63,205 nucleotides of DNA, filler included, from Pelomyxa schiedti (GCA_020536535.1; 10 parts of 10 records of this genome joined end to end with filler, not necessarily neighbours in it), one strand, 5' to 3'; shown: positions 45,501 through 59,656, numbered from the whole stretch's first letter. The notes: a model not told the origin generated them from the letters alone. Numbers and translations: made by a program.

Positions 45501-46964
45501 CCACGGGAACAAATGTGTGCTTCACGTCAATGCTTCTGTGTGCCGACAGAATTCCACCTGATCCAACCCCACCACCACTCACGCTGCTGCTGTTGTTTGT
45601 GGGAGTGGTTGTTCCGCTCAAACGTCCCGGATTTGGTGATGATGAGAGTTCGGGGGGTGCAACAAAGTCCGGGTTGACAAGGCCTCCTTGCTCCTGGGGA
45701 GGAGTTGTGGAGGTGCTTCTCTCAGGTTGTGGAACTGTTGTCACTGCGACAACGAGTGGTGACATTGTCCTTTTGATGGAATTATCGCTGCCCCCTTCTC
45801 CTCCTGGAGATGAATCAGGGATCAACTGGGAGGTGGATGTGGATGATTGTGGCTGCTGCTGCTGTTGCCTTGGCCTTTGTTGTGTTGGTGATTGCGGAAC
45901 CTGGTCCGGCTCTATTGTTGTTGTTGCTGCTGTGGTGTTGCTTGGTTTTGGTGGTGGCGTTGCTGGTTCAGCCGGAACCGCAGCTCCTGTGGACCCACCA
46001 CCACTGCCTTTTGCTCCGTTGTTTGTGTTTGTGTTTTGAAGTGTTGTTGTTGTTGNNNNNNNNNNNNNNNNNNNNNNNNNNNNNNNNNNNNNNNNNNNNN
46101 NNNNNNNNNNNNNNNNNNNNNNNNNNNNNNNNNNNNNNNNNNNNNNNNNNNNNNNGTGTTGCTTGGTTTTGGTGGTGGCGTTGCTGGTTCAGCCGGAACC
46201 GCAGCTCCTGTGGACCCACCACCACTGCCTTTTGCTCCGTTGTTTGTGTTTGTGTTTTGAAGTGTTGTTGTTGTTGATGATGATGATTGGGATTGTGAAC
46301 CACCACTTGTTGATGATGATGATGTGATATTGTGGTGGGTGTTTGTTGGTGACGACGGCGATGATGAGGATGGGGAGTCCACCCTGGGTGCCTTTTGTGA
46401 TGGTGCCGGTGGCAGCGCTGACGAAGACGACGGTGACGCGGTGGTGACGCTCGTGTTTGTTGTTGTTGCTGTTGTTGCTCCTCCTCCTCCCGTGGTTCCT
46501 GTCGCCGCCGCGGCCGCTTTACTGTTACCACCACCACCACCACCGCTACCGCCGGGGTTACTCACATTGCTTTTGTTTGTTGTTTCTGTTGTTGTTGCTG
46601 CTGCTGTTGATGTGGGGGCGGCCGTGGAGTTCGACAGGGTGGACGGCGACGACGCCGACAACGGTTGTTGCTGCTGCTGAGGAGGTGTTGTGGGCGACGG
46701 GGAGGGGCAGGGGGTCTGCACCGAGGCGGACGAGGACGTGCGGGACAGGAAGTGTGGGGTGCGGGGGTGCGACGTGCTGAACGAGAAGGGGAAGAACGAC
46801 GCGAACGTCGACGAAGTAGACGAGGAGGAAGGAGGGGGGGCGGGACCAACAACAACCGCAGCACCTGGCGTCGCCGTGGCGGACGACACTGGTTGTTGTT
46901 GTTGCGGTGCCTTGCTGCTGCTGCCCGACGACCCTCCACCACCACCGCTCGCGTTACAGCTCAT
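42543..46964 (-). CDS. TBC-domain Rab GTPase-activating protein (TBC1D5-like pattern) with long low-complexity termini
   Basis: LRGMVWK, EIAADIERT (R finger), LYVQGMHELLAPL (Q finger), IEHDTYWIYECLM, LPIWDALFA. Confidence 0.9.
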
Positions 46965-47021
46965 CGACAATGATGAATTACTATTATTCAAACGCGATCA
47001 GTCTGACTGACCAGTCTCATT

Positions 47022-50000
47022 TCAGTTATCCCAGAATTTAACACCACTGACCAGAACACAGGCTCCCCCACCCGTGCCATGCACACTCTCAAAGTCAAGT
47101 CTCACCCATCGATATACCTGTTGTTGCTGTTGTGCGGTGTTGACAGGGAACCTCTGCCAGTCGTTTGTGTTGGCTGCTGTGAATGTTGAGACTGCTGTCC
47201 ATGGCCCCTGTGGTGACACCCCACCACTAACAGCAATGCACTTGGGAACACACGTGTACTCCCCATGAGTCCTGATGCACACAACAGGCACAACACAGGG
47301 CTCTGTCAGGTCAAACACGAGGAACTGCCCTGTCGTGTTGTTATGCTGGCTGAGCCAGTATGTGCTGTGATTGTGGGAGTAATCAATGACCCTCTCAGGT
47401 GGGCAGCATGAACCAGAGGACGACGCCAACACACTCCCAATCTTCCTTGCCTGTGGTGGCACTTTGTTTTGTTTTTGTGTGAATTTAGGAGGTGGGTGTG
47501 TGTGTGAAGAAAGGAGCAACGAGACAATACCTAAAGTGAGAGTGAAAGGTGACCCTGAGATGTGCTGCCACACCTTCTCTTTGTCGTTGTTAGAACTGCA
47601 ACCTTTCTCCACCACACTGCCTGCTTGTGATGCTGCTCGTGGTGATGGGAATGAACCTTCAACAGCCACAACCACGTGGTCCATCACAACCTTTGGTTCC
47701 ACTTCCACAACAACAACACCCCTCAAATCTCCTCTTCTTCCTCCCGTTTCTGTGTCTTTTGCAATGTGAGTGAGTTGTGTCCTGTTTGTTTGTTTTGAAC
47801 CTGCACAAGCAGCAGAATAATCAGAAGAGGCAGAGGAACAACCAATTGACACAATTGCAGCAGTTGGTGGTGTGACACTCACACGCCACTCAACGTGCTG
47901 TGAACATGTCTCCAAGTCAACATCTGCGACGGGCTGGCCATCAGTGTTCATCAACTGTGGTTGGGTGAGTGAGTGTTGACGTGTAATTCTCACCAACAAC
48001 CACACTAACTCAAATTGGAGGGAGAAGGCCACACCTTGATTGGGAGAGAAAGTCTCTGTCCAAGAACCAAAGTGGTTGAGAGATTCTCAATTTTCGATTT
48101 GCTGATGTCAACTTGATTTTTCTTTGTTTTAGACGGAGAAGAGAACGAAAGGCAAAACACACAAACCTTGGGTTGCAGTGACAAGGAAAGGGCAACCGGG
48201 GATTGGAACCCACGATTCCATGTTTGGCCAAACAGCAGCCTCAACGATCAAGTGATATTTTCCACCATGTTGCAATGTGAACTCCACTTCGTCGGGCCTG
48301 TCACACATGGTGAAATTATGGCCTTTGGCTGACCCATCACCAGCAGGAGCATAGGAAGTGGTGGAGGAGGAGAGATTTGCAGTCGAATCAATGGGTCCAT
48401 CAGCAGTGGAAACAACCCTGAATCTGGTTTGAATCACCTGTGGTGTGAGAACACCAACGCTGCTGCTGGAACCTCGTCTTGTGTCATCGTCAGTGGGTAC
48501 GATCGTTCCATCTGAAAGATTCATCTGGATTGATTGATTGTGTGTGAGTGTGTCGGCTCTGTTTTTACAATGGGAATTTGAAAACAAAATACACACAGTG
48601 AGGTGTAACTTGAATGGTTTTCCAACGGTGCCATTCAAGCACCCTGAAATTCTCGTTTTGTTTGCATTGATCTCTGTTGTTTTACTCTTTGAGCACTGAT
48701 GAAAATGAAGAGAAAGGAAAACCAACCAGCAACAACAAATGAGAAAATTTCAGTGTCACCTCCAATCAACAAAGAGTGCCTCCCACCACACTTGGGAATG
48801 AAACTCACTTCACACTTTGGTGGCATTTTCCCATCATTCTTCCAGCCTTGGTCAACAATTCTGCAACGGCGTTGGTTCACTGAGTGAGTGTGTTAATTTT
48901 GTGCACACAACCAAAGGAGAGCGGAGGAGCAACCATCATCCTGAGGACAAACAACAGTGAGACCGGCACTTGTCAACGATGGGACTTGAAGACTGGATGG
49001 AATGGGTGTTCCAGTTGCATCCACGAGAGATGTGCACTCAACCGTGCATTTCCACTCATTCCCGGCAATAATCGGTGTTCTTTGATGGGTTTTGGCATCA
49101 ACAGCACCACAGGGTGTCACTTTGAATTTGCTCAGTGTTGTTGAAACTCCTTTTGGTTGGTGATTTAAAAAAAAAAAGATAAAAAAAGAGAGAAAACACA
49201 AACCAAAAGTGAGTGCACCAAACGANNNNNNNNNNNNNNNNNNNNNNNNNNNNNNNNNNNNNNNNNNNNNNNNNNNNNNNNNNNNNNNNNNNNNNNNNNN
49301 NNNNNNNNNNNNNNNNNNNNNNNNNATATGTTGCCTCGTTATTGTTCTGACACACTGGGGCTTCTCACAAACAAGCAATCCACAAAGAGAGCACGAGTGT
49401 GTGGCCAGTTCTTCATCACACAGTGGGCACAAGTCGTCATGGTGATCTTGTTCTGTCAGTTGCTGTTGATAATGACTGCTAGAATCACTGGAAGTAGCTT
49501 CTGACTCCTGCTGGTTCTTGGAAAAAGAGGAAAAGTAAGTTGATGTTCGAAACTGGCAAGCTGGAAAAGAGAAACCTTGGGAACTCCAATTCTTTCATTT
49601 GTGACATTCAGCAGAGAATCATCACCACAAATCGGACACTTCATTGCAAGTGTTGAGTGCTGCAGCGGCTCTGTGGATGACTTTGACTCTTCAGCTGAAA
49701 CCTAGTTGGCTGGTTATTCATGCGTGAGAAGCCCCACCACTCAAACACAAGGTGCAGACATCACACCACTCACACACGGACCTTCTTTAGCTTTGCTGAA
49801 GTTGTCAACAGCAGTGGTGACCACAACCTGGTATCACTCACAGTAGTAGGGCCAGTTGTGTCCACAGCAGCAGCAGCAGCAGAAGCAGCAGCGGAAGCAG
49901 TGTGACCAGGCTGCGTCGTCGCGCCACCTTCACCCACTCCACCCCCTCCCGTTCTTCCTGGTTTCGTTGCCACCGCACCGCCCTCTCGCTCCCGTGTTTC

Positions 50001-50573
50001 CTCGCCAGTGCCACCACAGCCACGACCACCACGACCATCACCATGGTGATCAGCAGCTTGCGTGAGCAACGACGAGAACGAAGCGGTGGCCACTGCGTTG
50101 TTTGCCAACAGGCGCGCGCAACAACCGCACACTCGGTGGTGGCCGTGGTCGTTGTGTTTGTTGCGCGCAACCTCGCTTGTGTTGTTGTTGCCGCCGCAAC
50201 CACCACCATCAGAACCGCAGCCGCCGCCGCCACCCGTGGCGCCCTGTTGTTTTTGTTGGTGTGGTGGTGTTGTTGTGGCAACTGATGACGACCCGGGTTG
50301 TGACGGCGGGGGTACGCCGGGCTCTGGGTGGAGCTCGACGACGACGACGTCGGGCACCCGCGTCAAAGGAAGCTCTGTGGGGGGAAGATCTGTGGGTGCG
50401 GCTGCGATGGCGGTGGTTGGGTGATAGCGGTTTCGGTCCTGCTGTTGCTGCTGATGATGCTGGTGATGGATGAGTGGGGGAGGGGGGAGAGGGGAGAGGC
50501 ACAGGGCGCACGAGGTGGCCCACGACAGGCTGTCCTCGATGATGTCATCCTCGCACGCGTTGCGTTGGCTCAT
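47022..50573 (-). CDS. TRIM-like protein A: split RING - B-box(es) - [gap] - filamin/Ig-like repeats - discoidin/galactose-binding-like C-terminal domain
   Basis: SCALCLSPL...HHRVCGCCARLL...MKCPICG; CPLCDEELATHSCSLCGLLVCEKPQC; filamin-like EVSFIPKCGGRHSLLIG, IPGCPFLV, HISGSPF; C-terminal PERVID..TYWLS..GQFLVFDL..PKCIAV..GPWTAV..WQRF..YRWVRLDFESVHG..VSGVKFW. Confidence 0.8.
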
Positions 50574-50637
50574 TTCGTTGCAGTTGATTCAATCAATTTT
50601 GTTGTTGGTTACGGTAACCGGAGTGTGAAAGTGGTGA

Positions 50638-53600
50638 TCAGTCCCAGAACTTAACACCACTCACCACAACATAACCAGTACTGCCATGGTTGGAGTCAAA
50701 GAAGAGCCTCACCCACCGATGTGGTGTTGTCGATGCATTGATGGTGACAGGGAACCTCTGCCAGTCGTTGATCTTCTGAGCAGTGAATGTTGAGAGTGTT
50801 GTCCATGGCCCTGTCGATGAGTCCCCAACTGACACTGTGACATCCTTGGGTGATGCTGCATCGTTGTGTGTCCTGAAGCACACAACAGGCACAACACAGG
50901 GCTCTGTCAGGTCAAACACGAGGAACTGCCCTGTCGTGTTGTTCTGCCGGCAGAGCCAGAATGTGTCGTGATCGTGGGAGTAATCAATGACCCTCTCAGG
51001 TGGTAAGCCTGGATCAGTGGATGATGCCAAAACACTCCCAATCTTCCTTGCCTGTGGTGGTGGTGGCACTTTGTTTTGTTTTTGTGTGAATTTAGGAGGT
51101 GTGTGTGTGAAGAAAGGAGCAACGAGACAATACCTCTGAAATTGAGAGCGAAAGGTGACCCTGAGATGTGCTGCCACACCTTCTCCTTGTTGTTGTGGTT
51201 GGAACTGCAATCTTTCTCCACAACACCACCTGCTTGTGATGCTGCTTGTGGTGATGAGAATGAACCTTCAACACCCAAAACCACGTTGTCCATCACAACC
51301 TTTGGTTCCACTTCCACAACAACAGGACCACTGCTTCCTCCTGTTGCAATAATGAGTGAGTTTGGGAGGAGTTTGTTTCCCAGGAAGCAGTGGGACAACC
51401 AATTGACACGATTGCAGCAGTTGGTGGTGTGACACTCACACGCCACTCAACATCAACATCTGCGACGGGCTGGCCACCAGTGTTCATCAACTGTGGTTGG
51501 GGTGGTGAGTGTGTGCCAGTGAAGCGGAAAATCTCACCCCACAACAACACAAGTTGCGGAGGGAGCAAATCACACACACCTTGATTGGGAGAGAAAGCCT
51601 CTGTCCAAGAAGAAGCAGAGGTGACTGTTGGAGGTTCTCAATCTTCGATTTGCTGATGTCCACTGGATTTTGCTTTGTTTAAGAAGAAGAGAAGAGAAAT
51701 GAAAGGGAAAAACACAAACCTTGTGTGACAGTGACAAGGAAAGGGCAACCGGGGATTGGAACCCACGATTCCATGTTTGGCCAAACAGCAGCCTCAACAA
51801 TCAAGTGATACTTTCCACCATGTTGCAATGTGAACTCAACTTCGTCAGGCCTGTCACACCTGGTGAAATTATGGAATTTGGCTGACCCATCACAAGCGGT
51901 CGAATCAATGGCACCATCATCAGCATCAGAGGAAACAACCCTGAATCTGGTTTGAATCACCTGTGATGTGAGAACACCAACGCAGCTGCTGGAGCTTCTT
52001 CTTGTGTCATCATCAGTGGGTATGATCGTTCCATCTGAAAGATTCACCTGGGTGAATGATTTTATTTATGGCTGTGCTTTTGCAATTTTGAATTTGAAAA
52101 CAAAATACACACAGTGAGGTGTATCTTGAATGGTTTTCCAACAGTGCCATTCAAGCACCCTGAAATTCTCGTTTTGTTTGCATTGATCTCTGTTGTTTTA
52201 CTCTGTGAGAATGACGATGGTGAAAATGAAGAGGGAAAGGACAACCAACCCGCAGCAACAAATGAGAAAATTTCGGTGTCACCTCCAATCAACAAGGAGT
52301 GCCTCCCACCACGCTTGGGAATGAAACTCACTTCACACTTTGGTGGCATTTTCCCATCATTCTTCCAACCTTGATTGACAATTCTGCAACAGCGCTGGTT
52401 CACTGAGTGAGTTGTTAATAATTTTGTGCACACAACCAAAGGAGAGCGGAGGAGCAACCATCATCCTGATGAGGACCAACAACAGTGAGACCAGCACTCG
52501 TCAACGATGGGACTTGAAGACTGGATGGAATGGGTGTTCCAGTTGCATCCACGAGAGATGTGCACTCAACCGTGCATTTCCACTCATTCCCGGCAATGAT
52601 CAGTGTTCCTTGATGGGTTTTGGCATCAACATCACCACAGGGTGTCACTTTGAATTTGCTCAGTGTTGTTGAAACTCCTTTTGGTTGGTGATTTAAAAAA
52701 AAAAAGATAAAAAAAGAGAGAAAACACAAACCAAAAGTGAGTGCACCAAACGAGTTGATTGCCTCTGAAACACTGTTTGTGACCACGAAGTTTAACTCTG
52801 ATCTGCAGCATGGTTTCAAGTGAATCTGCAAAAAGGTCAAGCTGAAGAAAAGATAGATGTTGGAGTGAGTGACAACCAGTTCCCACCAAACAAAAAAAGA
52901 GAAAGACAAACAAACCAGTTGAGAAACCAAGTCAGAGATGACCCTTGATGTGGAATCAAAGGACCTGATCACACCAAAGTCATGTGATGTGTGACTCAGT
53001 TTTGATGCTGACTTGAGTGCAGCCTCTGCAATGAAAACAAACTTCTCAAGGTGATCGTGCTGAATGTCCATTATTTTCTCTGTTTGGTGTGTTGGTGAAT
53101 AAGAACAATGGTTGGCGATGAGGCACAGAAACCAGTTGAATCAGCAATGTTCATGCATTCAACAGCGAGTTGCTTGTGCCTCTTCTGGAGGAGTGTCTCC
53201 AATCGCAAGAACTCTTCATCCATTGCCTTGAGTGCTTCACTGCAAGATCTGATTGCCAAAAGGGAACCTTTCATGGATTTAACCTTTTCCTCAAGTTCTT
53301 TTGACTTTTCTGTGATGATCACCTGCCTCCCTTTGGCTGCTTCTGAAATTGTGATGGTTGGGTGCACTGTCTTCAAACTTGGGTCCTTTTTGTGTGTATT
53401 TCGGGTTTCTTGCTGAAATGTGGAAAGAAAAAAAAGGGGAAACCTGGTGGCAACCAGATAGGACACACATAGAACAAACAGGAGTGTTGTCTTGTGTGCA
53501 GAACAGTTTTATTGGGCTGTTGTGCTCTGGGCACTGAATGATTGTCTTGGCTGATTTAATTTCGATGGGTGTGAACTGGAAACAGAGTGAGAGGAAAAAA

Positions 53601-54049
53601 CACATTGTAGGGAGACGGCAAACCAAGTGTCCCATTCTGGAATGCTGCCTTGTCACGGCCCTCACACACTGTGGTTTCTCACAAACAATTGATCCACAAA
53701 GAGAGCATGAGTGTGTGGCTTGGTCGTCACACAATGGGCAACTGTCAGCATCTTCTGCAAACGGTTGCTGTTGACCAAAACTCCCAGTACAACTGGAAGT
53801 GGATTTTGAATCCTGGTTTTTGAACAGAGAAAAAATTATGTTGGAAAATTGGAAGTCCCAAAATGGGGGAAAAAAAACAAACAAACCAGGAGAGCTGCAA
53901 TTACTTCATTTGTGGCCTTCATCAGGGCATCACCACAGATGGGACACTTCATTGCTGTTGGCTCCTGTGGCTCTGAGGTTGACCCCTGGAGATACTCAGG
54001 TGTGAGACACCAACTCTAAAACAACGACAAGACACATCAGTCAACACAA

Positions 54050-54084
<35 letters not shown>

Positions 54085-54183
54085 TGTGTGCGTTTGCAGA
54101 CGTGTCACCTCCAGGTAGCTGTGGTTCCACGACCATCAGTGGTGACCACAACCTGCTGCAATCACCAACAGAACCAGGAGACC
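50638..54183 (-). CDS. TRIM-like protein B, tandem paralogue of A (5' end lost at contig edge)
   Basis: Colinear with 47022-49900; shows both B-boxes (CPLCDDQATHSCSLCG..; QCPEHNSPIKLFCTQDNTPVCSMC..H) and the coiled coil that falls in A's gap. Confidence 0.8.
54051..54082. repeat. (AC)16 microsatellite in an intron of TRIM-like B
   Basis: Uninterrupted ac run. Confidence 0.9.
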
Positions 54184-54283
54184 NNNNNNNNNNNNNNNNN
54201 NNNNNNNNNNNNNNNNNNNNNNNNNNNTTAATTAATTAANNNNNNNNNNNNNNNNNNNNNNNNNNNNNNNNNNNNNNNNNNNN

Positions 54284-54705
54284 CTTGACTCTGATGGTTT
54301 TCAGCCTATGGTTGCAGAAACCTCACTTTCATGTTCACAGCACAGGCTACAAAAGATGCAGAGGCTGGATGGAGAGTTATTGGCAGTGACATCATCTCCA
54401 CACCCTCTATGAACCTCAAAGTAGTTGTGTGCAAGAGTGATAAATCGGAAAGGAGGCTGGGTGTATACCTGTACCTCACTCAAGTCACGCTGTATGCCCA
54501 AGAGAAGACTGTAAACATACACCTGACAGCCGATAACAAGACAAGAAAGAGGACACGGCACCTGAGCCTGTTTGACCTCTCTGAAATGAAGAAAAACAAA
54601 CACACAGGCAAAGGCAGTGGTTTCTTGTTTGGTGGCACAACTGAGATGCCAAGTGAGGTCCGCATCTCCCTCACAATCAATGATATTTCTTCCACGTACA
54701 TGTAG
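54284..54705 (+). CDS. 3' fragment of a gene ending in a possible MATH/TRAF-like beta-sandwich
   Basis: Open frame to TAG at 54705 with LKVVVC..RRLGVYLYL..VNIHL..GSGF..VRISLTI strand pattern. Confidence 0.35.
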
Positions 54706-54792
54706 TTGAGGGAAGACTGAGGAGTCAGCATTTTTTTTTTCGATCGGTCTTCGCACGAAAAGACCGTTCAAGATCTGATTGGGGGTTTGGGG

Positions 54793-57700
54793 ATGGCAAC
54801 CACCAACAACGTGTTTGTGCTCCTCGTAATTTGTGATGCAATCACTGCCATTCACCCTTTGTTGCCATCCCATAATCCCGGCTTGCCCCAGCCCCGAGCC
54901 ACGTTCTCCCCAGTAGAGGAGGCCCACTACTACTCCGCCAACGGCGCCATTGACTCAGGTACCCCAACAACGAGCGGCACCCAAGTTGGTTCCACCCCTG
55001 GGGCCTGGTGCGACCTCAAGTCGTCGTACACGGTCTGGGACTACGCCTGTTGCGACAACAACATAGAATTTTGTGTAACGAGCGGCGAGTGGGTGCAAGT
55101 TGCATACATCGACGATCCACCCTGGAAATTCACGCAGGCACACTCTTTCCCTGCTTTTTTTTTTTTTATATGTAACTTTTGTGTCTATGTTTGTGAACGC
55201 CGTAATAAAAGTTTTTTCCTCCCTGTAGATGTGTGCAGATCTTTGGTGGAGCGTCAGAAGCGGTAATTACACCACCGTACAAATTACCTTGTACCAAGAT
55301 GTGGGGGGTATCCCTGACTCTAAACCATACGCCGCCATGGATTACAATCTGAGTGACTCGACTTATGATAGTGTGGTGTTGCTTGACCTGAGCCCTTTTG
55401 ATTTAAGTATCACTTTTCTGTTGATCCTCAGTTTACTTCATTAAGTTGCGTGGTCTCGGATCGTATTCATTGGATTGTCTGCGTTTAATTGTGACACTGG
55501 AAGCAACTTTGTAGCACTTCATATAGACGTTACTCCAATGAGCAAAATAACAACCTCATATGTTCGTTACAATGCTTCATCACCATGGGAACCTCTCTAC
55601 AGTCACTCTAGCGGAGGCGATGTAAGGAAAAAATTGCAATTGCGAACTACTGGAGAACATGGTACTTTGCACAACTAATGAGCCAAGATCTTAACACATA
55701 ATAGTGGACTTGATTCCACCGATGTGGACATGTCCTGATTATTCGTGGAACAATGGGACAGAATGCAACTGCGGCTGCGGAATCTATGATCTTGATTGTT
55801 ACAACCAGCGTTTGCCTGTTGACTCTTTGGCTTTCCATTAAACGATGTTGAACCATAAAATAGGTATCAGGTTGTGCCTATTCACTTGACCACCACTGCT
55901 TGTGGAATGGAACTTGCGCAGGTAACGATTACCTAAATTGCGGAAACAGGCTTAATTCATTCCCAAGATCTTCCTGGCCAATGCACCCGCTGTAATTATG
56001 GCACACAAGATGGATGTCAATGCGGGGAATTAAGTTGTGGTGCAATCGATCCAGACTGTAAGTTTTTTTTTCCCTTGGCTCCACGTTCCCAATGGCTGAA
56101 GGTAATTTTCTGGAGCAAACTGTTTACGGTTGTCCTGACTTGCTTTGGTCCTGCAACAATCAGAGTCAATGCCAAGGTACTTCCAAAAAACAAGCTTCTC
56201 ACTCCATTTTACCAGGCTATTTTTAGCACCGAGATCCTGGATTTGTGGCAATGCAAGCTACTTTGATGACAAATGTGACTGTCTGTGTGGCATCCCTGAT
56301 CCAGCATGTGAAGATAACCAGTACCTGTCAGGTGATTGTCCTTCGGGATCTCTATGCAAAGACGGGCTTTGTGTAGGTTAAATGCCTAAAATATTTTCCC
56401 CTCTTGACTGCTACAATGAACAGTCCCTGGGTGGGAATGCATGGCATGGTGGTATAATACAAGTGATGGCTGCGATTGTTCATGTGGGTTGTTTGATCCG
56501 GACTGCAACTGCACCCAAGGGAAGGAATGTGGCACTTTGTTTCTAGGTTGTTCCTCGCATGAAATCTGCAGTATAAATGCCACATGTGCCAAAAAAGGTT
56601 TTCACTCAGAATCATACTGCTTCGAGTTAACAACATAAAAAAGGGATTTGTGGGAATATGTATATTGATGACGCAGAAGAATGCGATGGAGGTTTTGGAT
56701 GCAGTAACAATTGTACCTGTCTTCCTGGGTATTATCCCCAGGTTGCTGCTGGTCCCTATGCAATTGACTGTTTCACAAGTACGAGCTAGGGCCCCCGTTC
56801 GCACTTTCAATAACTTTCATCTTCTTCCATTTTTCGGTCCCAGTGTGTGGTGATGGTATTGCTGCTGATCCAGAAGAATGGTTTTCTTCTTCTTCTTTTT
56901 TTTGAGACTTCCCCGTTCTCTGATACATATTCATTTCAAAGTGACGGTGGGAAATTTTGCACCAATAATTGCGCTTGCGAGAAAGGATACTTCGCATATA
57001 CCACACCAGAAGTTTCTTGTGGTCCAGGTTTGCATGCCTTTTCAAATTCGTATCTCTAAGTCGTACTTGAGCTTGCAACAACTCCATTGTGGATCCTTAC
57101 GAGCAGTGGTAATGTTCTCTTTTTGTCAACGATATTTTCACCCCAAAGTGAAGTGATGGTGGGTCTGGTTGCACAATTAAGTGTGAATGCGACGTGTTTT
57201 GGGTTTCTACAACACCAATTTCAAATGATTGCAAACTAAGTACTTCCGGCCCTTTGTTTTTGTTTAATTAATACCACATCAAGATCTCATTGGACCAGCT
57301 ATTGCTATCATATTAACTCTGTTGACTTTTTTTGGTGTCCTGGCGGGGACAGTAGCAATTCTGAGGCACTACCAGAAAAAGAAAAACAACGAGTACCAAT
57401 ATCTTCTTGGTGGATCTACTGCCGCTGCTGAAATGTGGTATTGTCAGCATCCTACTTTTTTTAGATATAAACAGCTGTAACTCCTTGCACAGTAAATTTG
57501 CTTGGACATCTGATGCACATGGTCTCCTTTTCTCCAAGCAAAAAATCAATTTCGGAACTGAAGACAAGCTTCTTTCCGTGGATAAGGAATCACATGACGA
57601 GATTTCAATCACCAATACACTGCGTTCTACGAGAACCCTGTCATTATCTGTGCCCCATGGAAAAAATAACAACAGTCATAAATACGCGTTTCACATTGAC

Positions 57701-59430
57701 CCTGAGTCATGCTCACTCTCCAAGGTGGGATATCTTTCTTCATAGCAACACACCCTAAATAAACAGGAAAAAATATACTTATTATACTAGAGCGAAACTT
57801 GTGCATTTCGGTTCTCGATCACACCCAAGTGCACATCGGATTTGTCATTTGAAGTTGTGTTGAAGTGTTCAGGTACTCATACCTATCTTTCACATATTTC
57901 TTCCTTCTTCACGCTGATCTCTGTTTGTTTGCTATGTTTGCTAGATCTACCGTTCAATATCATTATTCCAGTGACAGCCAGCGTTGAACAGTCGTTGAAA
58001 TTGGATGCTGATGAGATCGATTATGGTACACAATAACGCACGCATTCATTTGCCGCGCCCTTTATTTGGAACTTCTTCTGTGATACTCAGTGACCCATTC
58101 TAGGAGAAAAAATAGGACAAGGTGCCATGGGAAGTGTATTCAGAGCAAAATGGAGAGGGTTTGATGTCGCCGTCAAGGTGTGAATTCAATTTGATATTCC
58201 GCATACAATATTCTCACAACAAGAAAAGACATTTCCTCCTTGGTTTTTTGAGTCTGACACTGCAAGAGAGAGTCTTCTGCATGAAATTGACATGTCCATT
58301 ATGTTGCGATCACCGTTCACTGTGTATTTACGATCTCTCTACTTATCAGTCAATAATAATAACACCAATCTCTACAATAACAACAATAGGACATTTTATG
58401 GTTTTTGTCTCACAAGGGATCATTGTCTGATAGTTATGGTACACCTTCATTTCAGATGTTTCTGCAATTCAATTCGTCTTCAGGAAATGATAGAGATGGG
58501 AAGTTTGGAAGGAATTCTTTCTCAACAAACATTGTCGGAAGAAATGAAGGTTTCCAACACATTCATCCATTCTTAAGTAGAACTGAGAATGAAACAAAAG
58601 CTCCGCCTTTGTTTTGAAATTGCTCAGGGAATGCAATTTTTACACAGGTACATTTCCTATGTAAGAAAGAGAGTGATTGAGTTTCTTTTTTTTCTTTTTC
58701 GCAAGAAATCGAGTGATACACCGCGACCTTAAACCGGCAAATGTATATACCAGCTGGAATATGCCAGGTGCCTCACCAATATTTTCAGGTTCTGATCTCC
58801 TCATTATCTCCAAGTGCTGGTCAACATATCAAGCTGAGCGATTTTGGCACAGCAAGAATGGCCACAGATGTTTCGGAATCAGCTAAATACACAGCCTGTA
58901 TAGGCACTCTTTCATGTGCGTACTCTCCTTTGGCAGTTGTCTTCCAATGTTTTTAACCCCGGCATACAGTTACAGCACCTGAAGTCCTAAAATCCGAACC
59001 CTATTCCGTGCGTATTTTATGAATTAATTTGTGCATATCATCACCCTTTCGTTTACTCACCCGGTGAAAGTGGAAAGCTGATGTATATTCTTTTGGAATT
59101 CTTGTGTGGTGCATTCTTACTCAGCAGGAACCCTATGCAGATATCACATCCGCATTTGGTATACAACACCGATTACCCTGCTAAACAAACTAAGCACAAG
59201 CACAACTTTCCCTTTCTCACAAAAAAAAAAAAAAAGCACTGATAGAACATGTATGCACCGGAAACAGGCCACCCGTGCCTCCTGAATCACCCTCCTCCTC
59301 AATCTGTGTGGTTATGTCCAAGTGCTGGGAACAGAACCCTGATGACAGACCCACTTTCTCCGAGATTGTATCCATCCTCCAACCCCATCTCGATTCAGAA
59401 CGTTTGCTGGAAGCAGGAAATGCGAATTAA
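54793..59430 (+). CDS. Receptor-like transmembrane TKL kinase with Cys-rich extracellular repeats (resembles Entamoeba TMKs); intron-rich
   Basis: Signal peptide; repeats CNCGCG..DLDC, CDCSCGLFDPDC and CGN..D..EECDGG.GC..NC.C; TM IGPAIAIILTLLTFFGVLAGTVAIL; juxtamembrane INFG..E.I.I.N module; kinase IGQGAMGSVF, VAVK, HRDLKPAN, SDFG, GTLS|FTAPE, CWEQNPDDRP. Confidence 0.9.
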
Positions 59431-59656
59431 CCAAACCAAAAAAAAAAGTGTACTGTACATGTAGTATGTGTTTTCATCAATTCAGAAAGGAACACTTGGC
59501 TGTTAAGATTTTAAAGTTGCCTCTGTGTTCATTTCACATCCCATTGTCATCTGTTTCTTTTCCCACAAGATATCTCCCTGGTACAAAGGGAAAAATGATC
59601 ACTGTTCCAAACCAAATCACAAAAAACAGATTATCAGCATTTCCTTTCAGAAAACG

